NCBI GenBank assembly: GCA_012295275.1
Contig: CM022679.1
Location: 3,844,001 to 3,908,000, forward strand
DNA: 64,000 nucleotides
Source of the DNA: Chrysomallon squamiferum
Taxonomy: Eukaryota > Animalia > Mollusca
Direction of reading: 5' to 3'
How positions within the stretch are numbered: the first letter of the stretch is position 1; each line of letters opens with the position of its first letter. Made by a program: the position numbers and the translations under genes. Positions 12,289 through 26,473 of this stretch are shown one piece after another. The notes beneath the pieces were generated by a model, which saw only the letters and a list, made by a program, of their open reading frames with translations, had not been told where the DNA came from and made no database searches.

Positions 12289-12840
12289 GATCTAAAAACT
12301 TGTTAATCCTCAGACAGAATCAGAAATGTATGTAATGAAGGTGTGTAGGTCTAATGAAACTATGTCACCCAGCGAGCTAAACGTTTTAGTCGGGTATGAA
12401 ACAAGGCAGTTTGGAAATAGTCACAGTGTCCTTATTGACTGTGTGTGTTGCTAGTCAGAAGTAAACACTAAACAGGTTTTACCTGAACAGGCTGCGCAAA
12501 TCAATAGGTGATCATTGTGTACATGTAAAAGACTACGATATTAGGTAAAGGCGCGGATCAAGAGGTGATCCTATTGCATTTAATTTAGAATGAAGAGTGG
12601 TACATTTCAAATATTATACATTTAATTTATAACGATGTTTGTTAAATTTCAAATATTAAATATTTAATTTAGAATGAAGACAGATAAATTTTAAATATAA
12701 TACATTAATCTGTAATAATGAAGATAATAATAACGATGATAATAATGATAATAATACTAATGACGATAATAATAATAAAAATAATGATGATATATGAATA
12801 ATAACGTCAGTATTGACAAGTAAATCAACTGTGTACCTAC

Positions 12841-13813
12841 TGAAACATCCACATATACAGCAGTGACATGAAATATAAAACCAGGAGATGTTTTGTTCAT
12901 GGTGGTGGTGGCTGGCAAGCTTTCAAACTGAGGACTCTCTTTATATTTCAACTTAAATTATTACCAGAATTAAATCAACATTACTGTTAATTTAGAACAA
13001 CAGCAATGATATATTTTGTCCTAACATATTTACTGTATATATCGATATATCTGGGTGTTAATAAAATTACTGAAAATTCCATTGCACAAAAGTATCATTT
13101 TAAAAATACATCATGTAGCAAGCAATCATTCCAAGAATAATATAACTGTCGAATTAGTGTCAGATATAAAGTGAAAACTGACAGAACACAAAGAACAGGT
13201 TACTGTAAAGCGAGTGTTTTTCATTGGCTCATTCTTCAGACTTCTCTTGAGAAAAATAATTCCTGAGTTTGTATGTAAACCAAAGACGTCACTGGAGTGC
13301 GTGCTTTCGGTCATTGTGTACTCTGTCTGATTGTGTGGACTCTGAAGAAACCACATCTCTTTGTATCATACCCTTGAGTACTCACATATTGGCATGACAT
13401 ATATCACTGAACATATAATACACATTAGTAACACAATCTATCCTCTATCTTTCTTTCCATCATCCATCTGTTAATCCATTCACACAGCCTATAATTTAAA
13501 AACATATATCTAATAAACTTCTATTAATAAACTGTAAGATATATGTCAAAAAATACAATTGACTTCAAATTTGGAATTTTCCTCTTGTTTTTTTATTACT
13601 GTGGATCAGAAAGAAAAATAAACAGTCTAAGAATCAAAAACATATTTCTGCTTATTCTTTACCTTAGTGTCATTATCAGAGACCAACACACTGGGTTTCA
13701 GTCATTGTAATAACATCACTTGCTAATTAAAATTCAGTTTCAAACATACTGAGGTCTACTTTAACAACAACACTGGTCACCTACCATAGCCTGGGACTGA
13801 CCCTGTCAAACAT
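12841..13813 (-). pseudogene. Cadherin-repeat exon remnants, set 1
   Basis: Decayed exons translate as ...VVVKVDLSMFETEF*..., SPHNQTEYTMTESTHSSDVFGLHTNSGIIFLKRSL and SPQFESLPATTTMNKTSPGFIFHVTAVYVD. Stops and deletions present. Confidence 0.6.
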
Positions 13814-14117
13814 CTGAATGAGTAACAAGGTAATACAAAATATTAGTGTGTTATCATACTTACAAATATAACTACGTCTCTTAATGTTAATTAATAGAAT
13901 CGTGAATATTAATTATTATATCTGATTTTCAGGACTAAGAAATGTTATTAATCACATTACTGCATATAACAAAATAAATAAATAAATAAATAAATAAATA
14001 AAAATAATCATTAAAAAAATATATTACATTCAAATCAAAACAGCTGTTAATATCAAAGTATTCATGCATACACACATTCTACACATAATTAATCTCCGTG
14101 TTATAAATTATTTAAAA

Positions 14118-14939
14118 ACCATTTCTCTTGGTGATGTTTTGCATATAATGCTACTGAAAGAGATCTCACTGTAAGATATTCCTAATGTTTCGATCACAAT
14201 TTGAAAAATACGTTTTAATAATAAAAGAAAAATGGGCCGAACCTAAATTATTAGAAAAACTAACCTGTTATCTTTTATTAGACGCTGAGTTTTTCAAGAG
14301 AGCATCCTCATATCCCCAGTATCCCCCCAGAATATGATTACGTCAGCCTCAAAATTTACTGGATTTACTAAGATTACGAAACCGATCACAAATTTAAATA
14401 TATGAGTAAATGCTGGTTTTCTTTCTTTCTTCTTATTCTTTTTTTTTATTTTTTTTATTTTTTATTTTTTATTTTTTATTTTTTTTTTTTTTACATTTGT
14501 TGTGGTGTTTTCTTTGACTGTTATTTATCATTTTTAAAGAAATATTTGCACTGAATATTGCATATTTTATACTGTTTATTAGTTAGTCGTAACTGAATAC
14601 CTTGAAAACGCTGTCAGAAGTAAACTGTTTGTATTAAACAGAATAAAAACAAAGAAAAACTCGATAAATTCTGTATTATTTTATCTTTCTTTGAACAATA
14701 TCAAGAAAGTTTTGACATTATCATGATTACAGAAATATTTTTATAATGTATTCTTAAACAGAATCACATCAAAAATACTTATATACAAATATCAGAGAAT
14801 GATAATGTTACAAAAGATTTTAACGCGAAAACAAATCAACGGAAAAAACACAAGTTCTTGGTGGCGACGCCATTGCTAACGTCAAGGTGACTTCTTTTAC
14901 GTCGTAGTTGTGTCTATATAAGGACGACAAAACAGAGAA
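14118..14939 (+). repeat. Upstream/promoter-only remnant of the hairpin-RNA unit
   Basis: Homologous to ~23830-24640 and ~32900-34000. Ends just after the first TATA (14915-14921) and abuts the stop of claudin copy E. Confidence 0.85.
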
Positions 14940-14950
14940 GGATTTACGTT

Positions 14951-15350
14951 TTATACTCCATGTTGTTGATAGGCAGGCGGCTGAACGTAATTTGAAGCCT
15001 GAGGCGCTGTCATACTTCCTGTCTGTTCAACATGTTCACCTATAGGTGGCGCTGTTGTCCAATTATATGTCGGATAGGACACATTACCCGCTGTAGTCGT
15101 CTGCTGAACGTTGGTGTAGTAAATTTGGGTTTGAGGCACTGTTTCAGGCAGAATGACATGGCCGAACCTTTTGTAACTTTTCCAACTCGCAGCGACAATG
15201 ATTCCAAAAATGATGGCGAGGACTGAGCCGATGATGTTAAGAGCAAATGACCAAGATAAATGTATTGTATCGGTGTCTGGAGCAGACTCCAAATACATGT
15301 CAACAACTCCTAAGAGCACGTCTTCGCTACATCCTAAAATACCTGAGATA

Positions 15351-15404
<54 letters not shown>

Positions 15405-15616
15405 TATAGTAATAATGATAATAAAATCCAGGACAGTGACACTTTACAATATGAGAAAGAACTTTGAAAAAATAAAGAAAAGAAAAAAAATTAAAAAAAC
15501 TAAAAACAAATTTGTTCTCTCAACAGTCTGAACTATTTACATTTAGGACACTTCAGAGGTGAGTATTTAGTAAGCTGGGAAAATAGCCACCAAAATGTCT
15601 GTGTCATATTATTGAC

Positions 15617-15694
<78 letters not shown>

Positions 15695-16704
15695 ATATAT
15701 GTATGTATGTATGTATGTATATCTTACCTCCTATTATTATCATATTTTTATTAATTTGTTTATATTTATATTCTGTGGGTAATACAGGTATATCTTACCT
15801 CCTGTTATTGTCGTCCCACTTACTATGTTGGGTGACTTTTGAGGAGAGCACATGTTCACCACAATGGCCATGATTACACCAAACACCAGAAATAACAACG
15901 CCAGAATCTGAACAGCTCGGAAAGCATCGAAAATACCTGCAGATAAATGAAAACGTACATTTTATAATTTATTATGGAAAATTATTGTTTAGAGTATGTA
16001 AGAAATGTCAAATCAGAATAATGTAACTAAAATGTAATTAAAATGTACTGTTATGTAAGAATAACGTACTGTTATACAATTACAACGTACTTATAATGTA
16101 CAATGGAGAGTTATATTATTACAGTGTTATATAGGAATAATGTTCTTATATTACATTACTTTTATATATATATATAGTTTACTGTTATATGCATGTAATT
16201 GATTGCATATATTAGTATAATGTACTGTCACATTAGTATAGCAATATACCGTTATGTAATTAAAGTGTACTGTTCTATAAGAGTAATAAAATAATAATAA
16301 TAAAACTGGTACATAGCAATAATGTACTGTTATATAGATAGATATAATATAAGTAGAATGTACTGTTATATTATTATAATTGTCAGAATAAATATTATAT
16401 AAGTAACTTTGAGTGTACACGCAACCACAGATTTGTGGAATAAATAATTTTAGATATACATTATACATATACATTATATAACTATCAGTTGTGATGTTGA
16501 AGCCAAGAAATTGCCAGATCACATGTGGGATAACTGAAAAATTCGCCAACAGAAACAATCATATCGTTTTTACATTTACGTAACGAAGTAAGTAAAATTA
16601 ATACATTCTTTGTAATATAATGAAATAAACTGACAAAAAAAAAAAGAAAAAAAAAAGGGTATGGCATCTGTAAAGATAGTAAAATCTGATATGATGATAA
16701 GAAA

Positions 16705-16738
<34 letters not shown>

Positions 16739-16827
16739 CAAACAAAAAATATAAATAAATAAAAACTTAAGGACGGAAAAAATATAAAAGAGACTACTTT
16801 AACCTGTTCTGTGTAATTATATTAAGT

Positions 16828-16865
<38 letters not shown>

Positions 16866-17159
16866 TGTGTGTGTTTTGTGAGTAAAAAAATGCCTGTACG
16901 TATCTATATTTGTATATGCGAACTGATTCCAGATTATGTAACTCAGTAACTGGGACGAATCAGAATTACCTGGAATTCTAAATTGATAAGAACTACAAGA
17001 ATCCATCTCTATAGAGCAAGCCTGCCACAGGCCAATCCGGATATCGCTGGTCTCGAACCAAGCAGGCGTGGCGAAGCCAACAAGGAAAAACAGAAAACTG
17101 AAAAACACACCAAATGTTCCTACTTTGTAGAGAGTCGACGTCTCGGACCAGTTCGGCAT
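14951..17159 (-). CDS. Claudin-like copy E (intact, ~239 aa)
   Basis: Exons 17159-16970, 15936-15799, 15342-14951, GT-AG, open frame, PPAYQQHGV tail. Confidence 0.85.
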
Positions 17160-17840
17160 GATCTAAAAACTTCTTAATCCTCAGACAGAATCAGAAATGT
17201 AAAGAAATGAAGGTTTGAAACTAGGTTACCCAGCGAGCTGAACGTTTTAGTGGGGTATGAAACAAGGAAGTTTGAAAACAGTCCCCGTGTCGTTATTGAT
17301 TGTGTTTGTTGAGTCATTTGTAATAAAAATTCAGTTTCGCAATAAACAGGTTTTACCTGAAAAGATTTATTTATTTATTCATATTACATTTTTTTTTCTT
17401 TTTTTTTTGCTATCTAGGTTGATGATACATTCTTGACTGTTATTTACTTGTAGGTAATTTAACTACAGTTTCAAAAATAATATTTTCTAGATTTAGCATA
17501 ATCAGATTTCTAGATGATATCCGAAATGTCTACTTCACGGACGAATTCATTCATGTTCAATGATGAGCAGAGAGAAACTGCTTACTATGTTTAGAACGAT
17601 GGTGGTTTGGGATTCGAAAAAACGGGAACATGCTACATTTTACTGAATATCAGGGGAAGCAAGTCTGTGAATTAGACAGATGAAAAGAGTAATGTTCCCT
17701 TCGTGTTGTATGAATAATAATTCATTGAACTGCAGTTTGTTTAAACAGTCCCTGTACCAGTAATAATAATAATAATAAAATAATAATAATAATAATGATA
17801 TAATAAAAACAATACACTGTTGTTGTTGTTGTGTTAATAT

Positions 17841-17884
<44 letters not shown>

Positions 17885-18058
17885 TCATTATTAAATAATA
17901 TAATAATACAGCAAACGTTTAGCAGTCATCTCTCATGGCTGTGGAGGCGATGAATAGAACGGGAAATAGGCAACGATAAAAGTGAAAATAGAAGAATCCT
18001 GCCAACAGCTGTTCAGTCTTACACGACGAGGACTGTAACCAAATAAAATAGCGCTCAT

Positions 18059-18186
<128 letters not shown>

Positions 18187-18693
18187 AGTCTCTATATCTT
18201 TTCTGTCCCTATCTATGTTCATAGTTTATTTTCTGAGTATTTATCATTCACTGGAGTGAATCAGAAGTGGGAACGTCGTCGTAAATAAATTTACTTAGTT
18301 ATAAACTGATCCTGTTTTCTCACTACAGAAACGTCTGGGCTGTTTCGGGCATCAGCCTGGGAATTCTTACACAACAAACTGACACAAAACAAAGCTCGCA
18401 CTGACAGCTTGTTAATTCGTCCAATATCCAGCTCGTTCAATAACAAAGCACGTCTGCTTTGCACATTAATGGAGCTGATACGTGCGAATAAAGACTTCAG
18501 TAATTACTTACACATTCCTCTCATCGCGTGTAATGGTCTCCTCTATAAATGTTTTATCTCATTTCACCAATAATCGTTCTCATGTATGACAATGACGTTA
18601 GGTTTAACAACAGAAGTGAAATATTTTTTTTTATTACTTTCGATTGAAGATCAGTATTTATAATTTTGCAGATCTACAACACCTAGCATCACC

Positions 18694-19642
18694 ATGAACA
18701 TTACAGAATATGAAGAATTCACTGTTTCTAACATGGGTCAGATGGCAGTGGAAGCAATACTTATGGCGTTTATTTGTATCGTCAATATGCTGACGTTGTT
18801 TACCGTTTATTTCAACCGTAAACTGTGGACGGTACCTAACATGTACATTGTATCCCTGGCCGTTGCGGATTTTCTTACCGGCCTTACACTTCCGTACCAG
18901 ATTGTTTTTCACATTCCAAATATCAAGGCTGTATTTGATCGAAACAAATTCCTTTGCATTTGTCGACACGTATTCTTTTTCATTCTTCTCACGACTTCCA
19001 TTCTTAACATGATGCTCATAGCACTGGACAGATGGGCATGCATCACGTTCCCTTTCCAATACGGACGTCTGGCAACGATGCGAAGAGCTGGACTTCTCAT
19101 TGTCTTTTCGTGGGTTCTGGGAATAACGTACGGAACCGTCCCCCTATATCTGAATAACTGGAAGAATGGTGAAAAGTGTTATTTTTTCAAAGTTCTCGTT
19201 GCAGAGTATCAACTCTACGTTCTAGGAGGAAGCTTTCTCGGTTCTGTCGTTCTCATCACGGCATGCTATGGACACATATTTCGAATTGCAGCCCGAGAAC
19301 GACAACGTATTCAGAGTCTCACAGTGACGTCCAGTGAGAAAAGAAACCAGTGAGAAAAGAATGGCGAAGTTCAAAAACGATTGGGATTTGGCCGTCATGT
19401 TTAGCGTCGTGGTTGGAGTATTTATCGTCTGCTGCATGCCTGCTTTTATCTTCATAACTGTAACGTACACAGCAGGAGTCGCAGGAACTGTGAATAGTTT
19501 CACAATACCGCTCCTCGTGACCAATTCTGGAATGAATTTTATTATTTACGTCGTGAAAAACAGGCAGTTTCGAACTGCACTGAAGTCTACCTTTTTGAAA
19601 TGCCGTCCACGCGTTAATGATTCAGGTAGCAGAACTGCATAA
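18694..19642 (+). pseudogene. Frameshifted duplicate of the class A GPCR
   Basis: Nearly identical to 4014-4958, with a net +4 nt change at ~19337 in ICL3 giving a stop at 19353 after TM5. Confidence 0.85.
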
Positions 19643-20807
19643 CCTTACAGGACATGAGGATAATTCATTAATTTTCGACAAAGTGGCTTCTTTTTATCTA
19701 TTCATCATCATCATCGCCATCTTCGTCTCCTTCTTCTTCTTGTGGTACAAAAATCACTAATCATGACACTATTGAACTAACTGTCGATGTGTTACTGCAG
19801 CGCCAAATCTCTTATGTTCTCAAATATATATATATATAAAAACAAACATTATCATTGATTTTACAGTTTCTGGTTGTTTTGTTTTTCCATCAGTTTTATA
19901 TACGATGATCTTGACAACTGTATAAGAAGTAATTCAAGTACCATAGAAACACTACGTGATAAATGTTTCGTATTGATTAAATTATATATATATATTTTTT
20001 TGTTTATTTTTTTTTTTTTTTTTTTTTTAAATTATCAATTAGTTAATTTATTTTTGTATGATTGCTGTATGGATTAAATTTTGTTATGAAGTAGAATGTA
20101 GCTCACAGGATCAGTAATCGTCTATTCTAAGCTAGGATCAGTCGTAGGATCTATTTTACTCGGCCAATCCATTATATTATTTCCAATATATCTGATTGAG
20201 GCAATAAGTGATTTGAGTCCAACCCCCCCAAAAAAAAGTATGTATATATATATAAATTAAAAGAAAGAAAGAAATATAGAAGAAGTAGTAGTAGTAGTAG
20301 TAGTAATAATAATTAATTAATTAATTAAGTAAAAAGGAGTATGTGTAGTGAGTTTGTAATAGAAGTCATTATTTCACAGGTTATATTTTTAAAAAAAATG
20401 TTTACTGTTGTATTTTTTTTTTTTCTTACATACATTTAAAATAATTAAACTATATTAAACTATATAAAATAATTAAACTATATATAAATAATTAAACTAT
20501 ATGTAGGCTGCACTAAATTTGATTCCATGTATGAAGTTAATCTACAAATCACAATATGAAATTAGAATTAATTCTCTTTTACAATAATTCATGTAGATTT
20601 TCCTTTCTGATGAACAATTATTGTAAAGTTTGATGTCCTACAGAAAAACAAAACACAAAAAAAAAAAACACAAAACAAACAAAAAAATCCAGAATCTTTA
20701 TTTTTATGCCTGATTTCTTTTTACACGTTTCTCTATCGTCATCAGTAAGCTACTATAAAACTGCGGAAAGCTGTTAATTTAATTACACTGTCTTCTGGAT
20801 TTACGTT

Positions 20808-21380
20808 TTATACTCCATGCTGTTGATAGGCAGGTGGCTGAACGTAATTTGAAGCCTGAGGCGCTGTCATACTTCCTTTCTGTTCAACATGTTCACCTAT
20901 AGGGGGAGCTCTTGCCTGTTTATCTGTCTTACCCGCTTTACCCGCTGTCGTTGTCTGCTTAAGGTTGATGTAGTAAACTTGGGGTTGAAGGACATTGTAT
21001 TGAATGACATGGCCGAAGCTTCTATCACTTTTCGTATTGGCAACGAAAAGAATTCCAGATATGATGGCGAGGATTGAGCCGATGGTGTTAAGAGCAAATG
21101 ACCAAGATAAATGTACTGTATCGGTGCGTACAGCAGACTCAAAAAAGATGCCAATAAACACACAGAGCACGTCGTTGATGCATCCTAAAATACATGAAAT
21201 AAATTGTTATCAGTGTCATCTTAGTCGTCGACGTCGTCATCACATTAATGAAGAGAGTCTCAACTATTTACGTTTTGGAGACATCAGAGGTGAGTTTTTA
21301 GTAAGCTGGGAAAGTAGCCACCAGAACGACTGTGTCAAATTATCTATATTGACTCATCTATCTATCTATGTATCTATCTG

Positions 21381-21419
<39 letters not shown>

Positions 21420-21945
21420 GGCTGTATATCTATCTGTCTCTCTATCTATCTATCTATCTGTCTATCAATCTGTCTATCTATATATCTATAAATCTATCTC
21501 TCATTCTATCTATATAACCATGAGAAATATGTCTGTGCAAGCAGTTACATGCTTTTATTAATTTGTTCATATTCTGTGGGTAATACAAGTATATCTTACC
21601 TCCTGTTATTATCATATTTTTATTAATTTGTTTATATTCTGTGGGTAAAACAGCTATATTTTACCTCCTGTTATTATCATATGTTTATTAATTTGTTTAT
21701 ATTTATATTCTGTGGGTAATACAGGTATATCTTACCTCCTGTTATTATCATATTTTTATTAATTTGTTTATATTTATATTCTGGGGTAATACAGAGGTAT
21801 ATCTTACCTCCTGTTATTGTCGTCCCACTTACTATGTAGGGTGACATTTGAGGAGAGCACGTGTTCACCACAATGGCCATGATTACACCAAACACCAGAA
21901 ATAAGAAGGCCAGAATCTGAACAGCTCGAAAAGCATCGTAAATAG
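20808..21945 (-). pseudogene. Claudin-like copy F (exon 1 absent, both acceptors mutated)
   Basis: Exon 2 21945-21808 and exon 3 21193-20808 have open frames, but both acceptors read CAT instead of CAG. Exon 1 removed by a deletion near 22560. Confidence 0.8.
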
Positions 21946-22631
21946 ATGCAGGTAAATTAAAACGTACATTTTATAATGAATGTATATGATTTATTATGGA
22001 TGATTATAGTTTACAGTACGTAAAAATAATTTACTATTATATAACTGTAATGTTCCTTGTATAAATATCATATACCGATAAATAAAAATAGTGTATTTTT
22101 TGTAATTATAATGTACTGTTATATAAGAATAATGTACTGTTATACAATTACAATGTACTGATACAGATGTTTAATGTACTGTTATATAATTATTATGTAG
22201 TGTTATGTAAATGTAATGTAAATATAAAGTAAATATAAGTAAAATGGCGTGTTATATAATTACAATGTTATATAAAAATAATGTATTTATATATAAGTAT
22301 AATGTCCTCTTATGTATGCATAGTGTACTGTTATATACGTATTACATATGTTATTATAATGTACTGTCATCTCAATATAATAATGGACAGTTATGTAATT
22401 AAATGTACTGTTACATAAGGATAATGTACCGTCATACAATTACAATGTGCTGATATATACGATAATATAACGATAGTGTTCTGTTATATTATTGTAATTG
22501 TCAGTATAAATATTAGATAAGTAACATTGGGTGTACAAGCAACCACAGATTAGTAGAATAAATAATAATAAAAATAATGATGATATTAGTAATAACGTCA
22601 GTATTCACAAGTAAATCAACTGTGTACATAC

Positions 22632-23531
22632 TGAAACATCCAGATATACAGCAGTGACATGAAATATAAAACCAGGAGATGTTTTGTTCAAGTTTCAAAC
22701 TGAGGATTCTTTTTATATTTCAACTTGAATTATTACCAGAATTAAATCAACATTTGTGTTAATTTACAACAACAGCAATGATATATTTTATCCTAACATA
22801 TTTACTGTATATATCTATATATCTGTGTGTTAATAAAATTACTGAAAATTCCATTTAAAAAAAGTGTCATTTTAAAAATACATCATATAGCAAGCAATCA
22901 TTCCAAGAATAATATAATTGTCGATTTAGTGTAAAAAAGAAAGTGAAAACTAACAGAACATAGAGAAAAGGTTATTGTAAAGGGTGTGTTTTTCATTGGC
23001 TCATTCTTCAGACTTCTCTTGAGAAAAATAATTCCTGAGTTTGTATGTAAACCAAAGACGTCACTGGAGTGCGTGCTTTCGGTCATTGTGTACTCTGTGT
23101 GATTGTGTGGACTCTGAAGAAACACACATCTCTTTGTATTATAGCCTTGTATGGATATGTTAATTCAAACACAACAACTTTTATTAATAAAGTGAAAACT
23201 TAAAACTGATACCAAAAATCAACTATAAGATGTATGTTAAAAATTACAATTGACCTAAAATTTGTTATTTTCGTCCTCTTTTTTTTTTATTACTGTGGAT
23301 CAGAAAGAAAAATAAACAATCTGAGAATCAAAAACATATTTCTGCTTATTCTTTACCTTAGTGTCATTATCAGAGCCCTGAAACTGGTAAACAGAGAGAC
23401 CAATAGACTGGGTTTCAGTGATGGTAATAACATCACTTGCTAATTAAAATTCAGGTTCAAACATATTGCGGTCTGCTTCAACAACAACACTGGTCATTTA
23501 CCATAGCCTGGGACTGACCCTGTCAAACATC
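22632..23531 (-). pseudogene. Cadherin-repeat exon remnants, set 2
   Basis: Paralog of 12841-13813, includes VVVEADRNMFEPEF*LASDVITITETQSIGLSVYQFQGSDNDTK|gt (N-x-x-x-P-x-F, E, S-D-x-D cadherin pattern). Confidence 0.65.
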
Positions 23532-24142
23532 TGAATGAGTAACTAGGTAATAAAAATATTAGTGTGTTATCACACTTACAAATATAACTACGTCTCTTAA
23601 TGTTAATTAATAGAATCGTGAATATTAATTATTATATCTGATTTTCAGGACTAAGAAATGTTATTAATCATATTACTGTATATAACAAAATAAATAAATA
23701 AATAAATAAATAAAAATAAACATTAAAAAAATATATTACATTCAAATCAAAACAGCTGTTAATATCAAATTATTCATGCATATACACATTCTACACATAA
23801 TTAATCTATGTGTTATAAATTATTTAAAAACCATTTCTCTTGATGATATTTTACATATAATGCTACTGACAGAGATCTCACTGTAAGATATTCCTAATGT
23901 TTCGATCACAATTTGAAAAATACGTTTTAATAATAAAAGAAAAATGGGCCGGATCTTAATAATTAGTAAAACTCGACTGTTATCTTTTATTAGACGCTGA
24001 GTTTTTCAAGAGAGCATCCTCATATCCCCAGTATCCCCCCAGAATATGATTACGTCAGCCTCAAAATTTACTGGATTTACTAAGAATACGAAACCGTACA
24101 CAAATTTAAATATATGAGTAAATGCTGGGTTTCTTTCTTTCT

Positions 24143-24177
<35 letters not shown>

Positions 24178-24695
24178 TATTCTTTTTTTTTTTTTACGTT
24201 TGTTGTGGTGTTTTCTTTGACTGTTATTTATCATTCTTAAAGAAATATTTGCACTGAATATTGCATATTTTATACTGTTTATTACTTAGTCGTAACTGAA
24301 TACCTAGAAAACGCTGTCAGAAGTAAACTGTTTGTATTAAACCGAATAAAAACAAGAAAAACCCGATAAATTCGATATTATTTTATGTTTCTTTGAACAA
24401 TATCAAGAAAGGTTTCATATTATCATGATTACAGAAATATTTTTAAATTGGTATTCTTAAAAGGAATAACATCAAAAATACTTATATACACATATCACAG
24501 AATGATAATGTTACAAAAGATTTTAACGCGAAAACAAATCAACGGAAAAAACATAAGTTCTTGTTGGCGACGCCATTGCTAACGTCAAGGTGACTTCTTT
24601 TACGTCGTAGTTGTGTCTATAAAAGGACGACAAAAAAGAGAGTGACGTAAGCCTGAGGGTTCTTTTTATAAAACAATTGAACATCCACTACCCCG

Positions 24696-25040
24696 TTGAT
24701 TTATATCCGGGATGTGGAAAAACAAGACGCTGATTAAACAGCTAATCTCAAGGAGTGTTTCTTTGTTCACTGGATCCTGCATCCTGCATCTTGGTGCTGT
24801 GTTTGGTTGGAAATCGTCTTCAAAACTGATTGTTGATGATCCGCTCCGAGGTTCATTACTACGGTTAGAGGTCGGGACACCCCGAACTTTCCAGAACGTG
24901 GCCGAAGGGAGGATCTTCTGCAATCAAAAGCGAAGACGACTCAAGCATTCTGCAGCCCTCAACGATGACAGGATGGAATCCAGTGACCGAATGAAACAAA
25001 AACAAATCCTCCAAACCCCGGCCCTTTTCAGGGCCACCAA
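24696..25040 (+). ncRNA. Putative rod-hairpin RNA with histone stem-loop, copy 2
   Basis: TATAAAA 24667-24673, rod 24757-24997, GGCCCTTTTCAGGGCC 25020-25035 + ACCA + AAGAAAG. Confidence 0.6.
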
Positions 25041-25609
25041 ATCTTAAGAAAGTGTCTTTTCATGCAATTGCTAATAAGTCCAAATCGAAGAAAGAAAGAA
25101 ACAAATTTAAAAATTCACATAAAAGCATAAATATTATAATTATTTTTCAGTTAATAATTATTTCTCATAGAAAATAGTCACTCTGAAACTTTAAAAGAAC
25201 AAACATAACAAAATAAATTTTAACTAAATTAGAAGTTTGAATTAAAGTTACGAGCAAGTAACAAAGCACGGAAATAAATAACTAAAGAATCATATATATA
25301 TAAATACAAAAGTAAGATTTTGGGGAAGGGTATATTTTTAATTTTTTATATTTATTTATTTTTAAAAATTTTAAATTCAGTTTTAATTATTTTTTATTTT
25401 TATTTTTTATATTATTTATTTATTTTTATTTTTATTTATTTATTTATTTATTTATTTTGACTCCACAAGGAGAATATTAAATTTATATAAACAAATATAA
25501 TAGAAAGACTGAGTCCCCGTAAACTTACTCATAAATTCAAGACGATAAATGTATAATTACTTCGTGGGAATGAATGATTATCCTCGGTTATTGAGCAACT
25601 TTTATTTAA

Positions 25610-25755
25610 GGTTCTCTTGGTGGCCGAACGGTAATGTCGTCTAGCTTCGGAGTGCTGGCGAATGGGTGCCTCACGTTCAAGTCTCGTCAGCGACCTCTGA
25701 CAGGTTTGTGATGTAGTGACTGGACTTTGTCATTCTGCGCGAGTTCGTTCCCGTA
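25610..25755 (+). mobile_element. tRNA-derived SINE-like / Pol III head, copy 2
   Basis: A-box-like TGGCCGAACGG at 25621, B-box-like GTTCAAGTC ~25675, GAGTTCGTTCCC at 25741. Confidence 0.45.
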
Positions 25756-25807
25756 TATTGTGTATAAGCTAGGGTCTATTCAGACCTACGTATGTATGTG
25801 TTTTTTT

Positions 25808-25844
<37 letters not shown>

Positions 25845-26007
25845 TGTATGTATGTGTGTGTGTGTACATTATTTAAGAAAATTATGAGATGTCATATGTG
25901 CATTTTTGTCAAAAATAGCATTTAATTGCAGCTTAAGAAGAAAAATAATAAAACAAAACAAAACAAAAACCAGCGACACAAAAAAAAAAAACCTACAAAC
26001 CTGAAAA

Positions 26008-26048
<41 letters not shown>

Positions 26049-26260
26049 TAAATTAAAATAAACAAAAACAAAGTCGTGTCCATGATTATCCGCAGTTGCT
26101 ATTAAAAGAAAGTGCATCAAAACCTGTACAGAGACGATTTATTAAAACACGTCATTATGGAAACATAGGTTCGTTGGTTTGTTCATTAATACATAAACCT
26201 TTCAAAAGAATAATATGGCAGATACAATGAAAAAAACAACATTTAATGACTAAAAGTTGA

Positions 26261-26292
<32 letters not shown>

Positions 26293-26317
26293 CAAATTAT
26301 AGTCCGAATCAACTAAA

Positions 26318-26368
<51 letters not shown>

Positions 26369-26473
26369 TAAAATTGAAAAGACATGTGTATGAAATTACA
26401 AAACAGAAGGCATTATTTCACCGGTTATATATGTTTATTTTATCTTCCTTATACTTAAAATAATAACACTATA

